NCBI RefSeq assembly: GCF_004010195.1
Contig: NC_057759.1
Location: 7,591,910 to 7,655,909, forward strand
DNA: 64,000 nt
Direction of reading: 5' to 3'
DNA from: Chiloscyllium plagiosum
Taxonomy: Eukaryota
This document shows positions 52,150-64,000 of this stretch, piece by piece. The position numbers and the translations under genes are program-made. The notes below the pieces were generated by a model, which searched no databases, had not been told where the DNA came from, and worked only from the letters and a program-made list of their open reading frames with translations. Each line of letters opens with the position of its first letter. Positions within the stretch are counted from its first letter, which is position 1.

Positions 52150-52219
52150 ATGCAGTACCCAGCAATTATTCAAATTGAACGCATTTACTATCCTGTACTT
52201 GCAGTATTTGGAGTCTTTG
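52150..52219 (+). CDS. GPR139-like GPCR, coding exon 1 (short N-terminus and first part of TM1)
   Basis: gcaATG; MQYPAIIQIERIYYPVLAVFGVF+G; donor G|GTGAGC at 52220; phase 1 matches the acceptor at 56560. Confidence 0.88.
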
Positions 52220-52529
52220 GTGAGCTGTCTTCAAGACTATTATTTGTCCAGATAAGATTCTAATTGTATTGACGAGAAAAGGCATATGCCATTTTTAAAA
52301 ATTAAAGTAGTGACATCCGCTGCCTGAACTAAACTCTGATATGCCAAGTTTCTCAGCTATTTAGAAATCTGCTTTCGTTAATGGAGATTCAAGCAGATCA
52401 GATTTCTGATTGACAAAGAGACATTGCAATGTCTTTTTTTTTTGAAAATTGTTATTTCTTTTCGTGCAGCATATTGTTCCTTCTTTGCATTTTCTTCTTT
52501 AAAATGCAGTTTAATTCTATCAGACTCAG

Positions 52530-52930
52530 ACTCACTTATGAGGATAACAAAGAACAAAGAAAATTTCAGGACAGGAACAGCCCTTCGGCTCTCCAAACCT
52601 GTCGCCTATTTGGTAAGGATTTGTTTCCCTCTGCTCCCTACCCATTCATGTATCTGTCTAGATACAACTTAAATGATATTATCGTGCCACCCTTTACCAC
52701 TTCTGCTGGCAACGCGTTCCAGGTACCCACAACCCTCTTGAGAAGAAAGTTCCACGCACATCTCCCCTGACCTTTTCCCCTCCTGAACTCGTGAACCCTA
52801 GTAATTGAGTTCCCAACTCAAGGAAAATCATCTTGCTATCCACCCTGTCTATGCATTTCGTCATTTTGTGGACCTCAATGTGGTTCCCCCCTCAACCTCC
52901 TTCTTTCTAATATCAATAATCATGATCTAC
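52530..52930 (-). mobile_element. CR1 LINE 3' end (intronic)
   Basis: Tail ggaacagcccttcggct and ORF2 C-terminal remnants on the minus strand. Confidence 0.7.
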
Positions 52931-53379
52931 TGACTTTTGTGCTTCACTATTGAAGTATTCCCACATCTAACATTGGCCTTTGAATCTGTATTTCATTTGT
53001 CTCTTCACGGGACTCAGAGAGGCAATGCACACCCTTAACGCTCATTGAGTAACTAGATTTTCCCTATTCAGGTCACCAGATGCTGGAATGGAGTTTAAAA
53101 CTCCGCTTCTAACAGATGCCCTCCACATTTATGTAACCAGCCCTCACACTCTACTTTCTTCAGAATTGTTGTATCCAGGTGAATATTTGTGCTTATGTCT
53201 CACATTGAATATGGATGCTGATATCTATGGAAGTGAACAAACACGGTGTATTCTTTTCCTGCAGTGTTAACTGTAAAATGAGAATTCTGTGCGCCAAAAA
53301 TGAGGAATATAAATATCATTCTTCTGAAATGAACTTGAATCGATATTGCTGGAAATAGTAAATGAACAATAGCAAAGCC

Positions 53380-53810
53380 AGTATGGTGCCGCAGTGGTTA
53401 ATGCTGATGTCTCATGCAAGGAACCCGGTTCTATTCCAAACTCGGGCGTCTCATGATGATAGAGTTGAGGTGAATATTTAAAAAATGTCCTGAAACTTGT
53501 TCAGTTGTTGACGATTTTACATATTCGATGCAGCAAGATTGATTGTTTTCGTTCTGGGTTCTCGAAAGAACAGACAAATCATTAGAACGAAGGGCAAACT
53601 ATGTTAGACAAAGGAGATGGTGTGAATGATTGCAATCCTGTGCCACAGTGAAGTGTAGAAGTATAGTGATTAGGTAATGTCAGGTAATGTTGGATTCATT
53701 GTCATAAATGCCCAGAGTAGTGTGAATGTGTTCTGTGGAGGTCAATAATCAGTGATGATCTGGCATGGTGGAGGAGAATCAGGGGATGAACGGCCTACCC
53801 TACCTTTGTC
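53380..53810 (+). mobile_element. Degenerate SINE head followed by an old CR1 3' fragment (intronic)
   Basis: ggtgccgcagtggttaatgctg..ggttctattcc head; CR1-like tail gaatcaggggatgaacggcctac. Confidence 0.55.
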
Positions 53811-54399
53811 TTACTTTCACTCAATGAGGGTGAATAACTGCAGCATGATGTGACTAGGCTTCATTGAGTGCAGTATTGAATATATTGTGCTAATATTCAC
53901 TCGTTTTATGTGATATGACTGGGCTGAAGAAAGCAATACGTGGTTCATGACAACTGGAATGTTCCTGTGGAAAATGATATGGACAATCGTTTTGACTCAA
54001 AATTTTGCAAATCGGTTAGCATTAAATTCGTTGCACTGACATCTACTTTCTCACATGATTGACAACTGGGGGTTCTTTGCCAAACCTCCTTCAGAGTGCT
54101 GTTAATGGTCCAGAAATAATCAGGTGTTTCCAAATGAGGACCAAAGAGACTTAATCGGAATTACGGACATTTGAGAAGGTATTGCAGCCTTTTTTGTGGA
54201 ACCTGCTGAACATACATGGTTAGTGCTACTTTTACAATTCTGCGCTAGCCTCCTCTTTGAAGAAAAGTGACTTGATAATATTCGCAAAGCTGAGTAATAT
54301 AAAGAAAATATATCTTTTTTGACACACTTGTGTTACCTTTGACAGTTGATCGGTTCTTCTACAAGCCTGACATTAGCATTATTACACTTTTCATCTGTA

Positions 54400-55950
54400 A
54401 GCCCGTAAGACATAGCAGCAGAAATTCGGCTTTTGGACCCATTGAGTCTGCTCTGTCATTCAATCATGGCTGATACCTTTCTCAAACTCTTTATCCCCAT
54501 ATCCCTTAATCCCCTTGACAAACAAGAACTTATCTATCTCAATCGTAAATATATTCAATGGCCTGGCCTCCACCGCTTTCTCTCGCATTAGATCCCATAG
54601 ATTCACTACTCTCTGGCTGAAGAGGTTTCTCCTTATCTCAGTTCTAAAAGACGCCCCTTTACTCTAACTGTGTGCCCTCGGGTTTTCGTCCCTTCTAACA
54701 ATGGAAACATCTTCCCAACATTCACTCGGACAATTCCATTCAATATTCTGTATGTTTAAATTAGGTCCTTGTAAATTCCATTCAGTATAGATCCAGAGTC
54801 CTCAGACGTTCATGATAAGTTCAGCTTTTGATTCCTTGGGCCATTCTCAGGAACCTCCTCTGAACATGCTCCAAGGTTAGTACATCCATGCTGAGATTTG
54901 GGGGCTAAAACTGCGGACAATACTCCAAGCGTGGTCTAACCAGAGCCTTATAGAGACTCAGAATTATATTACTACTGTTATATTCATGCCCTCTCAAAAT
55001 AAATGCCAACATTGTATTTCGCTTCCAAACTACTGATGCAACCTGCAAGTTTACCTTGAGAAAATCCTGGAATAGAACTCACAAATCTCTTAGTACTTAA
55101 GACTTTTGAAATTTCTCTCAATTAAGAAAATAGTTCATGCTTCAATTCTTGGTATAGTATGCATGACCTTATACTTTCCTACTTTGTACCCCACCTGACA
55201 TTCCTTTGCACACCCTCCAAACCTGTCAAGATCCTTCTTCAGCATCCCTGCCTCCACAATGCTGTCAGTCCTGTCTTTGTATTGTCTGCAAACATAGCCA
55301 GAATGCCTTCAGCTTCTTCATCGAGATCATTAATGTACAAAGTGAAAATTTGTGGTCCCAAAACTGATCCATGCAGAACATCACTTGTCACAGGCTGTCA
55401 TCCTGAGAAAGACCATTTCATCCCTATAGTTTGCTCTCCCCCAGATAGCCAATCGTCTATCCATTTTAGCCCCTTGGCTCGAACACCGTTGGTCCCTATC
55501 TGGCTCAGCAGCCTCATTTATGGCAACATGTCGAAGGCCTTCTTTAAGTACAGATTGAAAACATTCATTGGCTGTCCTTATTCGACGTGTTTGTTACTTC
55601 CTCAAAGAATTCTAGTAGATTTGTTAGGCATAACGTCGCCTTTATCAAACCAGACTGACTTTGCCCTATTTTAACCTGAAATTCCAAATGTTTAGAAATT
55701 TCATTCTTCACAATGGACATAAAAATTACAGACGACCGAGGTTAGGTTAATTAGCCTGTACTTTTCCGCTTTTTGCCTTATTACTATTTTTCAAACAGGG
55801 CTGTCATGTTCGCGATTTTCCATTCCTCTGGGACCGTCCAGAAAGATAAAGTCTACCGCCTCCACAGTATGTTCAGCTCGTTCCTTTAGAACTGCAGTCC
55901 ATCATTTCCAGATTATCTATCAATTTTTATGCCATCCAGCTTTTCTATCT
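54400..55950 (-). mobile_element. CR1 LINE RT/3' fragment (intronic)
   Basis: Minus strand encodes FSGWQPVTSDVLHGSVLGPQIFTLYINDLDE..LAMFADNTK; CR1 3' tail near 54400-54480. Confidence 0.88.
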
Positions 55951-56560
55951 GGATAACCTCCATGAACACATATACACAAAGCTGCTGAAAAACAGAGTGT
56001 GTTTAGTTACATTTTTAGGCAGAAAGTCGGATTGTACTCGTCTTGCTGAATGGCTTCCATCTATGTTTATTCCCATGAATTTGAGTTTGTTGTAGGACCG
56101 AAGAAATGGATCCTGATTTTGTTGCCAAGATACTCTCACCACTCCATTACACATGCCGTCTTTCCAACGTTGCCATGGAGATATGCAAAGATAACAAGGA
56201 GGTTATTGCTGAATTGCTTTAATTAGTTCCCTCATCACACTTTGTTGTAGTCACAATTTATGAAGTATTGTTGCATCGACTCTGCTTGTCAGGACACGTG
56301 AGGTGCTGCTATCCATTATTGCGAAAAGACATTGGTACTATATAAATTGTAAATATTGTACATGGAACATATTTTAGGTATTTCTTTGAGTGATGCTGCT
56401 ATAAGACACAATGGATCATTTGCTGGAAGGATGCAGAAGGCAATGATCAGCACGATGTCCTTGGCTCTTGTTTCACCTGATACCATGTGCTGGGGAATCT
56501 GCAGTTGGAACGCTCATCAGAACAATAATTATTTTGTCTGTGTTTCTCTCTCTCTTACAG

Positions 56561-57465
56561 TTAACCTGTTGGCAATTGTGATTTTGCCCCGAGGAAAGTG
56601 TGGTCTCTCTAAGTGCATTACTCGCTATCTGGTGGGAATGGCAGCGGCCGATTTTCTGGTGGTTATTTCAGAACCGATATTGTACAGGATTGTTCAGAAT
56701 TATCTCCCTGTTTCTTTTTTCTTCATTACTCCTGTGTGTAGCCTTATTTATTGTTTAGTCTTCACATCAACAGTCATATCTGTCTGGCTCACAGTCGCTT
56801 TCACATTTGATCGATTTATTGCCATTTGCTGTGAGAAAGTGAAAACAAAATATTGCACTGATAGTGTGGCTACCCTGGTGATAGGAATAGTGTGTCTAAT
56901 TAGTTGCTCAGTATCTGTACCTTGGTATTTCAGACACGAACCTGAGTATATTGTTGATAATGTTCCCTGGTATTGCATCACCAAACCGACCTTCTTCTCA
57001 TCAAAAGCATGGGCAGCATTTGTCATCTTTTACGTCATTTTAACCCCTTGTGTGCCATTCCTTCTGATATTGCTATTCAATCTTTTCACTGTCAGACGTA
57101 TTGTCATAGCCAGTAAAGTCCGCCAAGGCCTCCGCAGCCAAAACAATGGACAACATGACAGAGATGTCGAGATGGATAACCGAAGAAAGTCCATTGTCCT
57201 ACTATTTAGCATATCTGGTAGTTTTGTATTGTTATGGATGACACAAGTTGTGTTCTACATTTATCGGCGAATAGTGCAGATTTATTCATATCCGGTTACA
57301 GACTCACTCTACATCACAGATTCTGCAGCAAATATGCTACAGCTTCTCAGTTCCTGCACCAACACATGTATTTATACCGTGACCCAGAGTAAATTTAGAG
57401 AGGAGGTGAAGGAATTGGTAAAATATCCATTCAATCTTCTTCTTAAATTAGTTAAGTCGAAATAA
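56561..57465 (+). CDS. GPR139-like class A GPCR, coding exon 2 (end of TM1 through TM7 and C-tail); spliced product 324 aa
   Basis: Pyrimidine tract and ttacAG acceptor at 56560; open frame with hydrophobic segments, MAAAD (TM2), TFDRFIAIC (DRY equivalent), TM3/ECL2 cysteines (TPVC, WYC), LLW (TM6), NTCIY (TM7), QSKFR (helix 8); stop TAA 57463-57465. Confidence 0.93.
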
Positions 57466-57466
57466 A
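57461..57466 (+). promoter_or_regulatory. Candidate polyadenylation signal overlapping the stop codon
   Basis: AATAAA formed by the last Lys codon, TAA and the next base. Confidence 0.35.
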
Positions 57467-57718
57467 AATACATTTCATTCATGATCTAGAATTAAGAACT
57501 ATTTCATATGATATGTTCAACAATTTAATCAAACTCCATTTAATAGGCATCACTTTACTTATTGGATGCTCAGAATTCTGAAAACAAAATACATCTCATT
57601 CAAATCTGAAACGTCAATGTCACAACAACAGTTCACCGAAAGCAAGTCGGACATATCCACAATTCTGATCCAGCTGCTTATCTTCGAATCAAAATCAACG
57701 GAATACTGGCAAATAGAA

Positions 57719-57782
57719 ACACAGACACACACACAGACACACACACACGCACACACACAAACACGCATGCACACACACACAC
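57719..57782. repeat. Imperfect (CA)n microsatellite
   Basis: Direct reading. Confidence 0.9.
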
Positions 57783-58964
57783 TTGCAAAGGGAGGTCAGC
57801 ATTGATTTAAGTGCAAAGATAACGAGATAGAGAAAGATCGAGAATGAAATTTAACAGGGTGCAAATGCAAAGAGAAAATGATGAAATAGACAACTTACCG
57901 ATGCAATAGGTGGCGAAACGATAGACCGAAAGAGATTTATAGGTGGAAAACAGAAAGCAGTAGAATTACATATCATGGTTATGCAATGGCAAACGTGATT
58001 GTTAGGAATTTGATATTCCGGGGATTAATGCCAGCTTGTCGTCCTGTTGATCAACGTAGAATTCATTGTGCGATCAAACAGACTTTCGAAATCAAAAACA
58101 CAGACAATAAGAAACTTATTGTGAGTGAAGAGCTAGCCAATCAAAAGAAAACACAGATGATAAGCGTTCCAAAGATACTAAAATACGGAAAAACTCATAA
58201 AATTAATGTTGGCCAGCATTGGAATGAATTGAGAGTGGAAAGGGAGGACATCATGAACATTTTTTAACAGTTAATCTCTCTGCCTCCCTGTATCCATCGG
58301 TCTATTTGTACGGTCCGTGTCACTCTGTCTGTGTCCGACCATCACTCTATCTTGCCCCCTTTTTGATATAGACATATTTTCATATACCTGTCTCCTTCCT
58401 CTCTCTATCTCTTTTCTCTGTCTCTCTCCCAGCATGTGTATATGTATGTATGTATACCTTCTCCTCCCTGCACCTTCTCTCTTTCCATCTCTGCCTATCT
58501 TCTGACTGCCATTTTGTCTCCCTGTGTCTCTTTCCAAACAAACGTTACTACGTTCCTTCTGCAATCTCACAATATTCCCTCCTTCTCTCAATCTATATTT
58601 GTCGGTCATAGACAGACCATAAATTAGTAAATGGTTGATGTGTCATGGAGAGCAATAAAGAAGGAAAGAAAGGTGAGGCCATGATGTGCTCATGCATTAT
58701 CATAACAAATGGTGGGGTACACTCGAGAGAATGATTTGAGCGTGTTTGTTCCGAGGTTTCAAGCTCATATATTGTTCCTCTCGTATCTATTTATTCACCA
58801 TTTGTCTCTTTCAGTCAACGTCATTCTCTCTCTCTCTCTCTCTTACTCTGTCTCACCGCCCCTCCACCCCATTCCTATAATCACAGCTTTCAAATATTCC
58901 AGTGTCAAACGTGTATCCGACAATAATTGGAATATTCGTGATGGTGGTCCACAATTTCATTTTG

Positions 58965-60040
58965 ATAACTGGAGGATGGCTAATGTGATATTATTGTTTA
59001 AAAAGGTGAAACTTGGCAACTTTAGACCTGTCAGTCTGGATTCAGTTGTGAGCAAGTTGTTGGAGGTGATTGTAAAAAAAAGGATTTATTTACATTGAGA
59101 GAGACAAAAAATGATTAGGGATAATTAACATGCTTTTATGTGAGGTAAATCATTATTCTTCAAAAAATAAGTTTTTTCGTGAAAGTTATCAAAATTGACA
59201 GTGTCAAAACAGTAGATATTGTTTATTTGGATTTAGTAAAGCCTTCGACAGTAGATGAATTAGAAACATTAGGTCATGTAAGGTTGAGAGTGACCTTGCC
59301 AATTGGCTGAACAGAAGGAAACACAGCCTGGTGGTGGAGGGTTGCTTTTCGGACAGGAAGCCTGTCCACAACAGGTTTCTACAGCAATTGGTTCTGGGTA
59401 TTCTTTTGTTTGTCATTTATATACATGATTTGTGTGGGAATATGAACAGCATGGTTCGTAAGTTTGTAGATTACACCAAAACGTTTTCTAAGCAGAAAAA
59501 GGGGACTAGATCAAATGGGTCAATGAGCTAAAAATATCAGGTGGCTTTCATTCTCGACAATTGAGAGGTACTTCGCTTTGGTACAAAAAGCAATGGTAGG
59601 GATGATAAACTTAGAGGTGAGACATTGGATGGTATTGTAGAAAAGTGGGACCACGGGCAACAGTTACAAAAGTCTTCAAAGTTTTCATCACATGTAAACA
59701 GGTTGTTTGGTTTGCGAGGGCCTAGAACACATTTACCAGGGTGTTGCTGTATATGGAACGTTCCAGTTTTCAAGAAAGGCTCGATTGACTGTGACTGGAT
59801 AGTAGGAGGCTAAGTGGCCAACTGGTCGAAATTTGTAAAATAATGAAAGGCATATTATGGGAATTGTCATAATTACAAGGTACAAATGACATTTGGATAA
59901 CTACATGAAAAGAAATGTTTGGAGAGATATGGTCTACGAGCAGGCAACTGGGATTAGTTTAGTTTGAAGTACTGTTCGGCATGGGCTGGTTGAACTGGAG
60001 GGTTTGCTTACATGCTGAATGACTCTACGACTCTATGAAG
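58965..60040 (+). mobile_element. Decayed, internally deleted CR1 LINE
   Basis: NWRMANVILLFKK..NFRPVSL.SVV.KLLE; VVEGCFSD.KPV; tail (ctctatga)-like repeats at ~60020-60038. Confidence 0.85.
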
Positions 60041-60758
60041 CTTCCTTCTCCGTATCCTCACGTACGTTCAATTTAATTCTGATATTTTATCAGCTGCAGC
60101 CTGTCTACCTAATGTCTTTTAATATGAAATTTAAGTGCTTGCATTCCATGTTATGTGTCACCTTCCTTTTTTGATTTTGCTTTAGGGAAAACATTAGTTC
60201 CTCTGCCATCACCCATTGAATCTCTTTAACAACAAAGATGCAAAATTCACGTCAACAGGATTAGGGAGTGGGGTTGATGGAATTTCAATAGATGAGTGTT
60301 TCAGGCATGTGATTACACTTGCAGACCAATACTTCAAAGCAGCTGACGGTATTGATATCCAACCTGGGAAATATGAAAAATAGGATTCCCTAATGTTCTT
60401 AAATTTCAGAAATCTGTTATCTTTTTAGAGTGTGGTCTACAATATGACTGTGCAATTCACGGGAACGTGTTTGATTCTGAATAATGTCGCAAACGTTTAA
60501 ATAAAATGACAATTACGCATGGACACCACATATTGGACGTATCAGAGATGGCCACGTTCAATCGTGGGAAGTATATAAATAAAGATGGAAATAAATAAAT
60601 GGATGGATACATAAACACACAAATGAATTGCTGGATGAATAAATACTTAACCAACAGACAATAAAATAAATAAACAATGTCATACACTAAAATAATACAT
60701 AAGTTAACAGATAGGTAGATACATAGACAGACAGAGAGAAAGGCAGACAGATGGATAT

Positions 60759-60831
<73 letters not shown>

Positions 60832-60840
60832 CAGACAGAC
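60759..60840. repeat. (AGAT)n tetranucleotide microsatellite with (AGAC) flank
   Basis: Direct reading; about 17 perfect units. Confidence 0.97.
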
Positions 60841-61669
60841 AAAGAGACAGGCAAATAGATAGATAACGTGGACGCATGTCATGGCTGAAAGGAAACACCA
60901 AGTCATGTTCTTTGCATCCACATCAATTTCGAGTGTAGAAGAAACTAGGTATTGGTTTCAATTAATTAACGAAAGTGCAACTGGAATATCGTTAGTCATA
61001 ATGTAATGATCAAGTGTAATTTACCCTTAATGTAAGGTGAATGGTACGTGAGCACATCGAGAAAGAGAGAGAGAGACTTACGCGTGGGTGGAATAAGTCA
61101 GGGATCCTGATAATTGGTTGAGATGAGACAAAACGTTGGAGGATTGTCTAGATTTATATAATATTTGCAAAACCTAATCAGCCCTTTTTGCTTTCCCAAG
61201 ACTAATGCTCAGCATCTTATTGTTTTATATGGGAAGTTATTTGCTACAGCATGTAGAGGAAAATTTGCCGCATGTGAGAAGTCATAAAATGCATCAAAAT
61301 AACATTCCCCGGAGCTTAAAATGTTCACGAAATTAAAGAAATGAAAGTTACCATAATTTATATGCTAATATTTTGTTTCAAACCAGATATTGTACTACTT
61401 CTAAAGATCAAGTATTATATCCTAACGGTTGTGACCAGTATGTGGGAGTGGTCACCTAATGATGAAGTCACTTGACAAGTGATCCAAAGGTGCATGCTGA
61501 TACTCTGGGGACATTTCTTCAAATCACATGATGCTGTTTCGGAACTAGAAAACCGGGAAGAAATCTAGGCTCAGGAATTTTAAATGTGACAGCAATTCTG
61601 AATTATTCGTACACTATTCCTGTTTCCCGTTAATTTAAGGTTAAAATTTTTGACAACGTTATTCGGATC

Positions 61670-63920
61670 AGAGAGACAGCACAGCACAGAAACAGATACG
61701 TCAGTTGAAGTATCCATGCCTAACATAGTCCCCAACTAAAGCACTACCACTTGCTTTGTCCGAGACTATATCCCTCCAAACATTGCTATTCATGTACTCT
61801 TTTAAATGTTGTAATTGCATGAACACCCACCACTTCCTCAGGAAGTTATTTTTCACATGTGAACCATGCGCTGTGTGAAAAGGTTGCTGCTTATGCATCT
61901 TTAAAATCTCTCTCCTCCCGTCTTAAGAATATGTGCCCCCTAGGTTTGAAATCCCCATCATAAGGAAAAGGCATCGACTATTGAGGCTATCTATACCTTT
62001 CATCACGTTATTATCTTCCATCACATTACCTGCCAACTTCCTACGCTTCAGTGAAAAATGTCCCAGCCTATTGAACCTTTCTATCAGTCTCAAAACTTCC
62101 ATACTGGGCAACATTCTGGTTAATGACTTCTGAGTGCTCTCAGTTTAATAAAATGTTCTGTAAAACTAGGCGACCAGACATGAACACAGTATTCCAGAAA
62201 AGGCCCCACTAACGTCTTGTATAAACGCCACACGATTTCCCAAATCCCATACACAAAGGACTGAACAATGAAACCAAGTGTGCCAAGTGCATTTTAACCA
62301 CCCTGTGTATGCATGATGCAAAATTCAAATAATTATGTATCTGCTAGTTCCTGCTGTTCTACAACACTACCCAATGCTCTTAAATTTATTGTATCAGCCC
62401 AATTCTTGCTTGTTGAACCAAAATGCAAAAACTCGCATTTAACCAGTTTGTACTTCATCTGGCATTGTATTCAGCCTTTGGACCCAATTGAGGAAGACAC
62501 CTTTTTACACTATGTCAACCATGTGATTAAGTTTGGTGTCGTCCACAAACTTACTAACTGTGCCTTCTATATTCTCATCCAAACTAGTTTTTTTTTAAAA
62601 TTTCCAGCAGAAAAAATCCCAGAAACAATACCAGCAGAGAACCGCTGATGACTGGTTTCCAGTCTGAAAAGCAATTGTCCACCACCACTCTTTGTCTCCG
62701 ACCGTCAGACCAATAAGGTATCCAATTAGGAGGCGCACTCTGAATACCATGTGGCCTAACTTTGCTAATTCGTCGAAGGCTTCATTAAAATCCAAACAAA
62801 CATCCTCTACTGATCTGCCATCAACAATCGTTTTGCTAAATTTCTCAGAAAGCTCAATCAAGTTTGCCAAACACGATCTTCCTCGCACAAAAACATACTG
62901 ACAATCCCGAATCAATACTTACCTGGTTAAAAGTCCACAAATCCATTTTTTAATAATTACATCCAACAATTCACCCATAACTGAAGTCAGACTCATAGAC
63001 TTGCAGTTCTCTGGGTTCTCCTGGCAACCTTTTTTTTCAGCAAGGGTTTAATATTAGCCATCGTCCAGTCGTCGGACCCCTCACCCTTAGTGATAAATGG
63101 CACAAATACTTCTGCAAGTTGTCTCGAAATTTTCTCTCTGACTTATGTGATGCACGAGATGAAGTCTGAGACATTTACCCATATTTATACTCTTTAAGAC
63201 CGCCTGAACTGCCTCTTCTGTAATGTTGAACTGTTTTTAAACATCAAAGTCGTTTGCTCTACCTTCTGTAAACTTCCTTTCGTTGTTCACAGTAAACTCT
63301 GACATGCAGTATTCGTTTTGTATCTCTCCTATCCCCTCGGGGTCAAAACAAGGACGGCCTCCTTGATCTTTAATAGATCCGATCTACTCTCTCCATAGTT
63401 ACCATCTAATTCTTTATGTACTTACAGAATCTCTTTGTCTTAAACTTAACGTTATCTGCCAATGCTAAATCATATCCCTTCTTTGCCTTCCTGATTTCTT
63501 TCTTAAGATTAGCCCTCACTCTTAACACTGATTAAGAGCCTCAGTTGAACCAAGTTGTTTTTATCTAAACTAAGATTCGCTTTTATTCTTAACTAGAATA
63601 TCTTTATTCAATATCTCAATATCTTTATTCGTTCACTATTCCTTAATTTCACGAGACTTTTCCTTCGCTCTAACGGAAACGTCACACTTCTGAACGCTCG
63701 GCGTCAGTCTTTAAAGCCTCCCACTTGTCAGATGTCCTATTTACATTTGAACACTCTCCTCATCGCAAAACTTTAAAATTTGCTTACTGAAACCAAACAA
63801 AGCATTCTTTGGAACTCTGCAACCGTTTCCATAATCATTTTGAAACTCACGGAATTGTGATTGCAAGACCCAAAATATTCCCCTACTTTTACTTCAGTCA
63901 CGTGCCCTACTTTATTACCC
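61670..63920 (-). mobile_element. Decayed CR1 LINE ORF2
   Basis: IRDCQYVFVRGRSCLANLIE..DVCLDFNEAFD; RLGHFSLKRRKLAG; 3' tail near 61675-61700. Confidence 0.88.
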
Positions 63921-63926
63921 AAAATG

Positions 63927-64000
63927 GGCAGCACCATGGCTCAGGGGTTAGAACTGCCGCCTCACAGTGCCAGAGACCCGGGTTAGATTCCCACTTTGGG
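63927..64000 (+). mobile_element. HE1-type SINE head (runs off the window)
   Basis: gggcagcaccatggctcaggggttagaactgccgcctcacagtgccagagacccgggtt matches 45274 onward. Confidence 0.85.

Noticed and set aside
52021..52263. 80-aa ORF as a standalone gene
   Set aside because: Only 52150-52219 is coding; the rest is promoter, 5' UTR and intron read-through.
55159..55674. 171-aa plus-strand ORF in the GPCR intron
   Set aside because: It is the antisense frame of a CR1 RT fragment.
56356..56560. 68-aa N-terminal extension of the 369-aa GPCR ORF in the ORF track
   Set aside because: Non-ATG start, no TM1-like sequence, and it ends in a textbook splice acceptor; it is intronic, and the exon at 52150-52219 supplies the N-terminus.
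60457..60921. ORFs with (YLSI)n repeats
   Set aside because: Translation of the (AGAT)n microsatellite.
61400..61422. Short resemblance to U2 snRNA (ctaa.gatcaagt)
   Set aside because: Match is too short and does not extend on either side.

Overview
Repeat-dense eukaryotic genomic DNA, most likely from an elasmobranch (shark/ray); this is inferred from HE1-type SINEs, CR1 LINEs and the receptor family. Only one host gene is supportable: a two-exon, 324-aa rhodopsin-family GPCR of the GPR139/GPR142-like type (+ strand, CDS join 52150-52219, 56561-57465) with a TATA box upstream. Most of the rest is decayed transposable elements. These are three Gypsy LTR retrotransposons with integrase before RT (Gmr1-like order; one has both LTRs and a 4-bp TSD), nested solo LTRs, many CR1 LINE fragments and tRNA-derived SINEs. 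There are also Penelope-like pieces carrying minimal hammerhead ribozyme motifs, one of them a near-perfect fold-back insertion. An ~8-kb head-to-tail stack of Tx1/L1-clade and unclassified units (20.7-29.0 kb) has 3' ends that repeatedly abut the same short motif. One assembly gap lies at 13084-13496. Family names come from motif recognition only; no database search was run, and boundaries of decayed repeats are approximate.
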